DNA from: Oopsacas minuta
Lineage: Eukaryota > Animalia > Porifera
Assembly: GCA_024704765.1 (NCBI GenBank)
Contig: JAKMXF010000266.1
Coordinates: 248,001 to 312,000 of the forward strand
Reading direction: 5' to 3'
DNA length: 64,000 nucleotides
The position numbers and the translations under genes were made by a program. Shown one piece after another: positions 1 to 9,273 of the stretch. Position 1 is the first letter of the stretch, and every line of letters starts with the position of its first letter. The notes under the pieces were generated by a model. The model saw only the letters and a list, made by a program, of their open reading frames with translations, made no database searches and was not told where the DNA came from.

Positions 1-154
1 TGAAGAAGAACAATAATAATTGCCAAAAAATTTATTATATAAAATGCTTGAATTGTTTTCAAAATATTCAATAATCTAAAGTGTATAATTCATGTACGAT
101 TTGCTAGTAAGCCGCTGCATATTCTCAGATTTGTGAGGCGATTTGAGCTGAGAC

Positions 155-520
155 TTACTCCGGATTAATTAATTTAGTAGCGATGTCATTAATTTCTTTG
201 TGTAAAACGTGCTTTTCTGCCCTCAATTTTTGCCGAATTTTCATCAAATCATCGAGCTCATATTCGAGTGCATTCATTTCTGTCTTCATTCTGATACGAG
301 ATTCCTTGGCTGAGATGCGGTTTATGAATTTCCTCCTTTCTCTACGAATGAAATTTCTCTCTTCAACTGAGAAGCATTCATTCTCGAGCATTTTATTCAG
401 TGTTGTCGCTTTTGTATTTATCAATTTATCAATGTCGACCAGGTCGAAGAAAATCTCTGTGTCCAGGTTATTCGAGCCGTTCTTGAGGATTGTTTTAGCT
501 TTCTTGCATTTTTCATCCAT
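155..520 (-). CDS. Small bZIP transcription factor, Maf/CNC-like extended basic region
   Basis: LNKMLENECFSVEERNFIRRERRKFINRISAKESR has the N-x7-R basic motif, followed by Leu/Met heptads (LEYELDDLMKIRQKLRAEKHVL). First ATG at 520 (the ORF track uses a GTG at 550). Intronless. Confidence 0.8.
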   Translation of the reverse strand: MDEKCKKAKTILKNGSNNLDTEIFFDLVDIDKLINTKATTLNKMLENECFSVEERNFIRRERRKFINRISAKESRIRMKTEMNALEYELDDLMKIRQKLRAEKHVLHKEINDIATKLINPE

Positions 521-1260
521 ATTTTTTGGTGAAATATCAATATAATCCACTAATCAGTTCAAATTGTTTTTATATCTTGTCTAGTAGAGTAACTAACCAA
601 TCTCATGTATAGGCAGCTCGAACTAAATGTTATATTTTCATTTCCTATACTTTTATACAAGTTGTTTGTTCAGCGAACCCCACAAGACAATATTTTGCAT
701 ACATAATTAAACTAATTCAGTTTTACTGTTTACTTTATTTCTTAAGTCCGTCATCGGTTGTTTCATAAAACATTTGATGTAGAAATTGGAACATAGTGCG
801 TATTATTTGTGTCACAGTTTGATTACTATTTACTCAAAAAGAATAATATTTTCACTAGCTGTACATAATTAATATATGAAATATTTTCCTTTCGGTTGCG
901 AGATCTCACTAAGGTGATTTCCTATCATCCAAGTTTTGTTTTATTTCCACGTCATGACTCAAGGTTTTGTCAATATCAAATTTCTAAATCTCTCTGTTGG
1001 TCAATGATTATATAGAACTCCAAAATGTTTATTTAAGCTCTCGGGACATGGCCCTAGGAGATAGTTCGGTTGGTCAGTTTAAATCTTACCAACATTTAGA
1101 CTGCTAATAGAATTAGCATTAGTCAACCAGGCTAACTTTGTTTTGTAATTTTATATATTTTACCCGGCTCTATACAAGTAATTTTTATTTTACCATACGA
1201 ACAGTATATAACATTAGTGATAAATGGGAGTTTGATTCTTTAACTAAATTCTGTCTCACA

Positions 1261-2508
1261 ATGCACTATCCAGATAAGATGCAGTTTCTATTGAATACTA
1301 ATTTGCAAAAACGTTCATTGGTTGTTCTCATATTATTCACTATGTTTGGGACCATTTTATTGAATTTTGATTTTGTCCGGGATTACAATTACTATTACAA
1401 CCTAACCAAATTAAAGTACAATGGAGAAATAGAAGAGATTGATAGCTTTTCAGAATACAGTAAGAATTGGGATGGAGAGATTCTTATTATCAACAATCCT
1501 AAACAGAAAGCAATTAATTTTACAGACGAATATCGCTGGAAAATGATATCAAAAGGTCTGCATCCACTCAACATAGAACATGAACGTTTGCACGATAGAC
1601 ATGATAGAATAGAGAAATATTGTAGCACATTCAAATCTCAAAGTAATGGACTATACCGATTTAATGGATACTATTCTATGCTATTCAATGACAGATTCCA
1701 GTTGCTGCAGTGTGTTATACAGAAAGTTAGCTCTTCTACCTGGGTCAGCATATTCTTAGAATTGGGAGGATTTGATAGCCAATATTTACCGGAATCACAT
1801 CCAATATGGCAAAAAATATCACTTGTGAATAATCTGGCGGATTCTAGACTACTAGCACAGAGATTCCAGACATACACCAAGTTTCTGTTAACAAGACATC
1901 CATTCGAGAGATTATTGTCTGCTTACAAAGACAAGTTCATTCTACATAGTTATGGAGATCAATTCGCATACGATATCATAGTTAAAAATTATCTATCCAA
2001 TGTTGAGGAGGATGTTATCAGACAAATGAGAGAGAAATTAAAGAGAGGGGAGAATGATTTAAACATTAATTTGAGTAATAGCACAATCAAACAAATAGCT
2101 AGATTGAATTCAGGAGCTAGAGAATTCAACATAACTTTTCTAGAATTCCTGAATTATATTATCGCTTTTGTTAAAGTTAATGAAATACATCGATTAGATT
2201 ATCATTGGGCTCCAATCACTATAGTCTGTGATCCATGTGAAGTTAGATATGATATTATTGGTAAATTCGAAACTTTGAGTGAAGATTCAGAAGCAATTCT
2301 TGATTATGTACAACCAAACAATACACAAAATCGCGTCACATTTCCCAAACGTGATCCCAAGGTTACCAATAATCTCTGTAATGAAGCATTCATGAAAATA
2401 CCTCTAAACGTGAAGAGATCTCTCTATGAGATTTATAAAGAAGACTTCATTCTGTTTGATTATGAGTATAGAGAAGAGGATGGAGAAAGCAATACATGCT
2501 CACCTTGA
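1261..2508 (+). CDS. Golgi carbohydrate sulfotransferase (CHST/Sulfotransfer_2 family), copy A
   Basis: Type II anchor LVVLILFTMFGTILL; 5'-PSB-like QKVSSSTW; 3'-PB RHPFERLLSAY; HWAP..CDPC..YDIIGKFETL. In-frame ATG at 1261. Confidence 0.9.
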   Translation: MHYPDKMQFLLNTNLQKRSLVVLILFTMFGTILLNFDFVRDYNYYYNLTKLKYNGEIEEIDSFSEYSKNWDGEILIINNPKQKAINFTDEYRWKMISKGLHPLNIEHERLHDRHDRIEKYCSTFKSQSNGLYRFNGYYSMLFNDRFQLLQCVIQKVSSSTWVSIFLELGGFDSQYLPESHPIWQKISLVNNLADSRLLAQRFQTYTKFLLTRHPFERLLSAYKDKFILHSYGDQFAYDIIVKNYLSNVEEDVIRQMREKLKRGENDLNINLSNSTIKQIARLNSGAREFNITFLEFLNYIIAFVKVNEIHRLDYHWAPITIVCDPCEVRYDIIGKFETLSEDSEAILDYVQPNNTQNRVTFPKRDPKVTNNLCNEAFMKIPLNVKRSLYEIYKEDFILFDYEYREEDGESNTCSP

Positions 2509-3989
2509 TTTTACTCACTTTCAATATTTGCCTCTGATTTCACTTTACTATTATCCAAATTCTTATCACATATTGCCTAGTATATATGAATGAATGGCGT
2601 GTTTAGAATCACTGAATATTTATGTGCAAACACCTTTAACTATTAAATATTATAAAAACGTATATTAAACACGAATTCAGTGCATTGTTGCCAGAAGTTC
2701 ATGCCGAGTTCTTGTCATAAGTCAAAAGTCTACTCCAAAATCTATGAACTTTGTTCATGGCAACACTGCACGAAATACTAATAATATCAAAAGCAGTCTA
2801 GGCTTTCGTTATTTAGGGCTAGTTATGTTGTATCCGCGACTGATAATTTAATTTGGTTTATATATCACAAACTAAGATAGAGGATTTCTGAATGTAAATA
2901 TTAAGTATATGAATATAATTTTAATATAAATACTTGTATAATCAAGGTGAGCCTGTATTGCTTTCTCCATCCTCTTCTCTATACTCATAATCAAACAGAA
3001 TGAAGTCTTCTTTATAAATCTCATAGAGAGATCTCTTCACGTTTAGAGGTATTTTCATGAATGCTTCATTACAGAGATTATTGGTAACCTTGGGATCACG
3101 TTTGGGAAATGTGACGCGATTTTGTGTATTGTTTGGTTGTACATAATCAAGAATTGCTTCTGAATCTTCACTCAAAGTTTCGAATTTACCAATAATATCA
3201 TATCTAACTTCACATGGATCACAGACTATAGTGATTGGAGCCCAATGATAATCTAATCGATGTATTTCATTAACTTTAACAAAAGCGATAATATAATTCA
3301 GGAATTCTAGAAAAGTTATGTTGAATTCTCTAGCTCCTGAATTCAATCTAGCTATTTGTTTGATTGTGCTATTACTCAAATTAATGTTTAAATCATTCTC
3401 CCCTCTCTTTAATTTCTCTCTCATTTGTCTGATAACATCCTCCTCAACATTGGATAGATAATTTTTAACTATGATATCGTATGCGAATTGATCTCCATAA
3501 CTATGTAGAATGAACTTGTCTTTGTAAGCAGACAATAATCTCTCGAATGGATGTCTTGTTAACAGAAACTTGGTGTATGTCTGGAATCTCTGTGCTAGTA
3601 GTCTAGAATCCGTAAGATTATTCACAAGTGATATTTTTTGCCATATTGGATGTGATTCCGGTAAATATTGGCTATCAAATCCTCCCAATTCTAAGAATAT
3701 GCTGACCCAGGTAGAAGAGCTAACTTTCTGTATAACACACTGCAGCAACTGGAATCTGTCATTGAATAGCATTGAATAGTATCCATTAAATCGGTATAGT
3801 CCATTACTTTGAGATTTGAATGTGCTACAATATTTCTCTATTCTATCATGTCTATCGTGCAAACGTTCATGTTCTATGTTGAGTGGATGCAGACCTTTTG
3901 ATATCATTTTCCAGCGATATTCGTCTGTAAAATTAATTGCTTTCTGTTTAGGATTGTTGATAATAAGAATCTCTCCATCCCAATTCTTA
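1461..3989. repeat. Long inverted repeat: arms 1461-2510 and 2940-3989, spacer ~429 bp
   Basis: Arms are reverse complements from TAAGAATTGGGATGG to TGATT; about 3 nt differences found by eye (NLA/NLT codons, TCS/TGS codon). Confidence 0.95.
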
Positions 3990-4171
3990 TTATACCCCAG
4001 CCAGTTTATATTATTTTCTTGTTTTGTTTCATGATGGTTGTAATGTTTTTCAATTTTTCTTGGTTCAAAAGTGTATATTCTACCATTATTTGATAGTTTG
4101 ATTATTATACCCAAAGGGATGACTAGTACAATTATTAAAAAGAAGAATTTTTTACTAATTACTCTGTTCAT
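2942..4171 (-). CDS. Golgi carbohydrate sulfotransferase (CHST family), copy B
   Basis: Same catalytic domain as copy A; unrelated N-terminal anchor MNRVISKKFFFLIIVLVIPLGIIIKL. Confidence 0.9.
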   Translation of the reverse strand: MNRVISKKFFFLIIVLVIPLGIIIKLSNNGRIYTFEPRKIEKHYNHHETKQENNINWLGYNKNWDGEILIINNPKQKAINFTDEYRWKMISKGLHPLNIEHERLHDRHDRIEKYCSTFKSQSNGLYRFNGYYSMLFNDRFQLLQCVIQKVSSSTWVSIFLELGGFDSQYLPESHPIWQKISLVNNLTDSRLLAQRFQTYTKFLLTRHPFERLLSAYKDKFILHSYGDQFAYDIIVKNYLSNVEEDVIRQMREKLKRGENDLNINLSNSTIKQIARLNSGAREFNITFLEFLNYIIAFVKVNEIHRLDYHWAPITIVCDPCEVRYDIIGKFETLSEDSEAILDYVQPNNTQNRVTFPKRDPKVTNNLCNEAFMKIPLNVKRSLYEIYKEDFILFDYEYREEDGESNTGSP

Positions 4172-4346
4172 TTTGTCTCTATCAAATTTTCAAAGTGATT
4201 TGTATGTTGATCTCAGTAAGCTTATGACATATATGTGCCGGTGGATTCTGAAACCAATTATCTACTTTTCTTGGCCTATACTTTACAATAGAGAATTATT
4301 AGTTATCAAGTCGTTAGTTATTTCATTGCTTCCCATTGTATTCTAG

Positions 4347-4971
4347 GAGGCCTTGATGGTACAACTTGTTTCACATTTGTAGAGCGTTATGATCCAGACT
4401 TGAATGAATGGACTACAGTAGCTCCATTAATCACTGCTAGGGGTGGGGTTGGAGTTTCTACGCTGGGTAAATATATCTATGCTGCTGGTGGAAACGACGG
4501 TACTTCGTCGCTAATGACAGTGGAGAGATTCGATCCGCACTACAACAAGTGGACATCACAGCCGCCAATGTCTAAGCGTAGAGCTGGCATAGGTTTAGCT
4601 GAGTTGAATGGATGTTTATATGCAGTGGGCGGATTCGATGATGCATCACCTCTAGATTCAGTTGAACGGCAAGTAAAACTATATTTTTTTTGTAAATTTT
4701 GATGTTACAATTGCCTATTTATAGATATGATACTCGTATGGACAGGTGGGAGCCTATCCAGTCAATGAGCACAGCTAGAGGGGGAGTTGGTGTGGCGGCT
4801 TTGGGTGGATGTTTATTTGCAGTTGGCGGTCACAATGGTAAGAATTATCTCAACACTGTTGAGTGCTACTTCCCTTCAAATGATACATGGGTTGAGATCA
4901 GCCCTATGAGAACAAGCAGAGCAGGTGCTGGTGTAGTAACCTGCCCTGCTATCATTTCCCTTTTAAAATGA
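4347..4971 (+). CDS. KLHL8: Kelch-like protein 8, last two coding exons only (4347-4668, 4725-4971)
   Basis: Acceptor TTCTAG at 4341-4346, then GLDGTTCF..VERYD, RGGVGV, GGNDG.SSL..VER, RRAG.G...L.GCLY.VGGFDD.SPL..VER, GGHNG..YLNTVE, RAGAGV: the repeat-by-repeat pattern I recognise from KLHL8. BTB/BACK part not in the window. Confidence 0.8.
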
Positions 4972-5419
4972 CACATTAGTTCTCTATTGTGCTGGAATTC
5001 TACGGGATTTACTCTATGGTCTATTATCAGTTAATCACACACCTGATCTATTACGTCACATATTTGTATACATATGCTCATTCTTAAATGATTGGATTAA
5101 AGGTAATATTGTAAACATTGATTTTATTTATTTAATTTTCTCATTTGTTGTGTTTATATAATGACGTACATATATAATGTTACAATTGTAATAAAGCTGT
5201 TGTTTGTTCATTCTAATCATTAATGATTACATCTCTGCACTTGCTATATTATAGACTAAATATACCATATAATTCGTCTGTTACATGTTGTATCAAATTG
5301 CTCTTCACCGCATCTTGCCCTAAAAATAACTCTGAATATTAATTAGGTAGTTTTTGGCCTTTGTTGTGACCACTGAAATATCTTGAAAATTTGCTGATTA
5401 ATATTCCACTTGTTTATCC

Positions 5420-5470
5420 TGTCTATATTCTTGTGTTGTCTATATTCTTGTGTTGTCTATATTCTTGCGT
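5420..5470. repeat. 17-bp tandem repeat x3 (TGTCTATATTCTTGTGT)
   Basis: Read directly at 5420, 5437 and 5454 (last copy has one mismatch). Confidence 0.9.
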
Positions 5471-5673
5471 CATAAGCTCATCTTTAAAATGACCTATAAT
5501 CAAGCCATAGCAATTCCAATATCCATAGCGTTATAGGCGGTTATATAATGTGTTGATTTGTATAAATTTCATTAACCTTCTAGAAACATTTTTAGTTTTT
5601 CACTTAATCCAGCATTTCAAAAGCTAACAACTTTTAGTACTTCAAATACAATCAGAGTTTCACTCTTTAAGCA

Positions 5674-6747
5674 ATGACTAATGCAGTATTTGATACCATC
5701 CGATATCCAATGCAGCTCAACAGTGAGGGATATTGTGGCAACGCCATTATTTTCGTAATGTACGAATTTACAGAAACAAAGAGACGCGAAGGAGCTTTGC
5801 TTGAGTGTCGAAATCTTGAGGAATTTACAAGGAAATTGTTCTTGAAGCCATGTGTATTTATGAACGCAACGGAAGGAGAAATCCAAATGGCGCTAAATTT
5901 CATCGCAAACCCACCAGAAATTCGTCCCTCCTTCATTCCTGAAAATATCTGGCAAGCCCGTATACTACCCAACCACAAGGCTATCTTGGTAGCGATTGTC
6001 TCACACGGCAACACGAATAGCTTCCTTACGGCTGATGAGAAGCTTTTTCCCGATAACAAAATCGATTTATACTTGAATGAAACGTATTGTCCTCTAATGA
6101 GAGGCAAGCCGAAAATCATTTTCTTTAATAAATGTAGAACGGAAGCAGAAGATGTATACGAAACTATTTCCACACAGCCAAATACTACATCTCCAGTGTT
6201 TGATTCAAACGGTATGAGAGAACATGAAAATAACTTCAACGATTCTTCTACATTCAATGATTTCATCCATATATACAGTTGTTCGATGGGTACTTCCTCA
6301 CTACGCAGCAAAATTACTGGTTCATTAATTCTCTCTGCTCTTCCTGATGAATATGAATTATATGGCAGAGATAAGGAATTTCGTAAATTCCTTCAAATCT
6401 TTCGTACACGAATGATCATTAAAGTGAATAAAAAAGTTCAGAATGAACCTAAATTTGCAAATGTTACCCAATGCATTACGACTGAACACGATTCTCTATT
6501 AGGGGATATTTATTTCCCCCAGGCTGGACCAATGACAGGGTCCGATTGCGAGAGCCTAGAAGAAATGGAAGTTGAGCATCCAGTTGACCTAATTTGTCCT
6601 AAAGAGCTCTGGGAAATCTCCGATCCCTCCGATTATGCCATGGATAGCGAGATAATGCCTAAAAGCAACCGTTTACAATTCTTCCGGCGCATAAAAATGT
6701 ATGTGCGTCGCATCTTTAAACTGCTAGGCCCAAAAACTCGCGAATAA
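5674..6747 (+). CDS. Caspase-like protease A (peptidase C14), no prodomain
   Basis: AIIFV...KRREGA, IVSHG (catalytic His), KPKIIFFNKCR (catalytic Cys), DFIHIYSC..GTSSLR...GSLIL (p10). Intronless. Confidence 0.85.
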   Translation: MTNAVFDTIRYPMQLNSEGYCGNAIIFVMYEFTETKRREGALLECRNLEEFTRKLFLKPCVFMNATEGEIQMALNFIANPPEIRPSFIPENIWQARILPNHKAILVAIVSHGNTNSFLTADEKLFPDNKIDLYLNETYCPLMRGKPKIIFFNKCRTEAEDVYETISTQPNTTSPVFDSNGMREHENNFNDSSTFNDFIHIYSCSMGTSSLRSKITGSLILSALPDEYELYGRDKEFRKFLQIFRTRMIIKVNKKVQNEPKFANVTQCITTEHDSLLGDIYFPQAGPMTGSDCESLEEMEVEHPVDLICPKELWEISDPSDYAMDSEIMPKSNRLQFFRRIKMYVRRIFKLLGPKTRE

Positions 6748-7172
6748 ATCGGGTCTTAATCCTAGACCCAAAACCCATCCCCCCTCGAAAAATGTTCCTC
6801 CGTAGAGCCTAGTTAGTATTGTGACGTCAGAGACCTAGGCCTGGCCACCTAAGTTCGGCTTCTTTGTAATGAATCTTTAAGAGCTATTTAGTTGGTATAT
6901 TTTGTATTTTGTATTTTGCCCTTTTATATTAAATATTTATCACCGCAAGCAGTCTTTATGTAACTTTTTACAGTAATTATTAAGAGCTATATTGGGATAT
7001 TTTGGAATCTCCAAAATTCTAAAATTATACCTCTAACGCTTAAATAATTCTAGCACTAATAGGTTGCTGAATAATATTTTGTGTTAATCTTGGCATATTA
7101 CATTAACACATAGTAATAATAGAATTCTAGCTATTGATTGTCTGTGCTGCCAATACAATTACACATAGAAAT

Positions 7173-8657
7173 ATGCTACATAGAAGATTAGTGAATACAT
7201 ATGAAATAAATCGTTCTTGTCTTGATGGAACTTCTGGATTAGCCATTATATTCGCTTTTGATCATTTCGTTGAAGATTCTAAAAAGAGGCACGGTAGTGA
7301 AACTGAAATACAAAATTTGGAATCTTTTTTCGCTAAACTTAATCTTCGAGTTCATGTCTTCAGGAATCTAAAGCTTCCACAAATGAAACGAGCTCTTCAA
7401 GTTATAACTAATCCAGATAAATACAGGAAAGAAATAAAAAATATATCTCAGGAGATATGGAATGCACGATTGAGAGCTGATGACAATGTCAGCTTCGTAG
7501 CTATAACATCACATGGAGATAGCACACGTTTTGAACTGTCTGACGGTGAAAAGATGAGAGAAATTGATTTAGAGGAATATTTCTATGAAGATACATGTTC
7601 CATCTTAAAGAAACGCCCAAAATTATTTCTGTATAACAAATGTCGCAACTTTTCAGGGAGTAACGAGCATACTTCTTATGAGATTGCTAACACCATCGTG
7701 ACAGATGGATTGAGTAGACACAATAATATTGATATGTTGTCAATATACACATGTGCAGAAGGTGTGAAATCTCTTCGTTCTCAAAATTCTGGCTCTCTCG
7801 TTCTATCCGAATTACCAGGTGCATACGAAGAATATGGTAAAGAAGACCATATTTGTAAGTTCTTTACCAACTTGATGGATAGGTTAGTTAAAATAATCAG
7901 AGATAAAATGCGAGGAAATGAATCCTTCCCCGTGGATGTAACACAAACTATCAGTATGGAAAGAGATACCATGAAACGACATCTCTACTTTCTTTCTCCT
8001 ATACAAACTTCTGCTACCAAAGCATATACTTCTGATACGAATAAACCAATTGGTGTTCCTACATTATATGCATCTAGATCCCCTTCTAATACATCTACTA
8101 CTACTAGTCCATATAAGTCATATACTCCTAGTCCATCAAATGCATATCCGGCTAGCTCATACAATGCATCGGTTGCTAGTCCTTACGATACAAATACAGC
8201 TAGTCCATCTAATAGATATACTACTAGTCCATCTAATGGATCTACAGGAAGCCCATCTAATGCATCTACTAGTCCATCCAATAAATCTACTGCTAGTCCA
8301 TCTAATGCATCTACTAGTCCATCTAATAGATATACTACTAGTCCATCTAATGGATCTACAGGAAGCCCATCTAATGCATCTACTGCCAGTCCATCTAACG
8401 CATCTACTGCTAGCCCATCTAACGCATCTACTGCTAGTCCAAATGACTACTCTGCTGATAGTCCAGTAGGTCCACTCAACATGTCAAGTGTTAGTCTACC
8501 CAACATATCAACTGACAGTCCATCTCACCACTATACTAGTGATATTAAGTATGATGCATCTTCTCAACAATCCTATGAACACAGACCAGGGCCTATTCGT
8601 ACCAGCCATAATACGCATCGTTTTGCACCATACCCATCCAGAAACGATCAAATTTAA
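7173..8657 (+). CDS. Caspase-like protease B with Ser/Thr/Pro-repeat C-terminal tail
   Basis: GLAIIF, KRHGSETE, ITSHG, RPKLFLYNKCR, DMLSIYTCAEG.KSLR..SGS. First ATG at 7173. Confidence 0.85.
   Translation: MLHRRLVNTYEINRSCLDGTSGLAIIFAFDHFVEDSKKRHGSETEIQNLESFFAKLNLRVHVFRNLKLPQMKRALQVITNPDKYRKEIKNISQEIWNARLRADDNVSFVAITSHGDSTRFELSDGEKMREIDLEEYFYEDTCSILKKRPKLFLYNKCRNFSGSNEHTSYEIANTIVTDGLSRHNNIDMLSIYTCAEGVKSLRSQNSGSLVLSELPGAYEEYGKEDHICKFFTNLMDRLVKIIRDKMRGNESFPVDVTQTISMERDTMKRHLYFLSPIQTSATKAYTSDTNKPIGVPTLYASRSPSNTSTTTSPYKSYTPSPSNAYPASSYNASVASPYDTNTASPSNRYTTSPSNGSTGSPSNASTSPSNKSTASPSNASTSPSNRYTTSPSNGSTGSPSNASTASPSNASTASPSNASTASPNDYSADSPVGPLNMSSVSLPNISTDSPSHHYTSDIKYDASSQQSYEHRPGPIRTSHNTHRFAPYPSRNDQI
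8095..8470 (+). repeat. Coding tandem repeat of about 21-24 nt encoding SPSN(A/G/R/K)(S/Y)T(A/G/T)
   Basis: Repeated CTAGTCCATCTAATGCATCTACTG-like units inside caspase B. Confidence 0.9.
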
Positions 8658-9273
8658 GAAATTATTATAATAAGTGATAGCAGGTGCCCATTCACTTCCA
8701 TTCCCAACTCCTCCTTGAAAAATCCTCCTCCATAGTTAGTTAGTTAGTGCTGTGATGTCACAGATCTAAGCCTGTCTACTCAAGCGTGTTTCAATTATTC
8801 TGCGATTGTTTTTGGTAAATCTCTTTTGTATTTGTTTAAAAATGAATTATTTTTGTTATAAAGTTAAAGAAATTGAGTTGTATATATTCTCTCAAAAATA
8901 CATTTTATTATATAATGGTTGAATTATAATACCTTTGCACACTCCAATCGTGGATTGCTGGCCTAATTTTATGTCTACAAGGATTCCTTGCACAGTTTTA
9001 CAGTTGTACGTCGTACAATGGATAATGCATAATGGATTTCTAACTATTAACTGCTTCTAATTAAGAATTACAATGTAACAATAACTTCACGCTCGATTCC
9101 TGAGGAAATCTATTTTTCTTTAAGGCTTGTAATTATCTTTATTTATTAGGAGCAAAATACAATTATTAGATTAGTCAGTTTGAATTTAGCCAAATTGATG
9201 GATACAAAGCTTACAATACATAAGCTATTTACACAAGATCATATGTACTGTATCAAATAAGCTTGAGAAAATA

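Noticed and set aside
155-4971. KEAP1-NRF2-like pairing of a CNC-like bZIP with a Kelch gene
   Set aside because: The Kelch repeats match KLHL8, not KEAP1, and the bZIP has no ETGE or DLG motif; DLVDID is only a weak resemblance.
8095-8470. RNA polymerase II CTD
   Set aside because: Units are not YSPTSPS heptads and are fused to a caspase domain.
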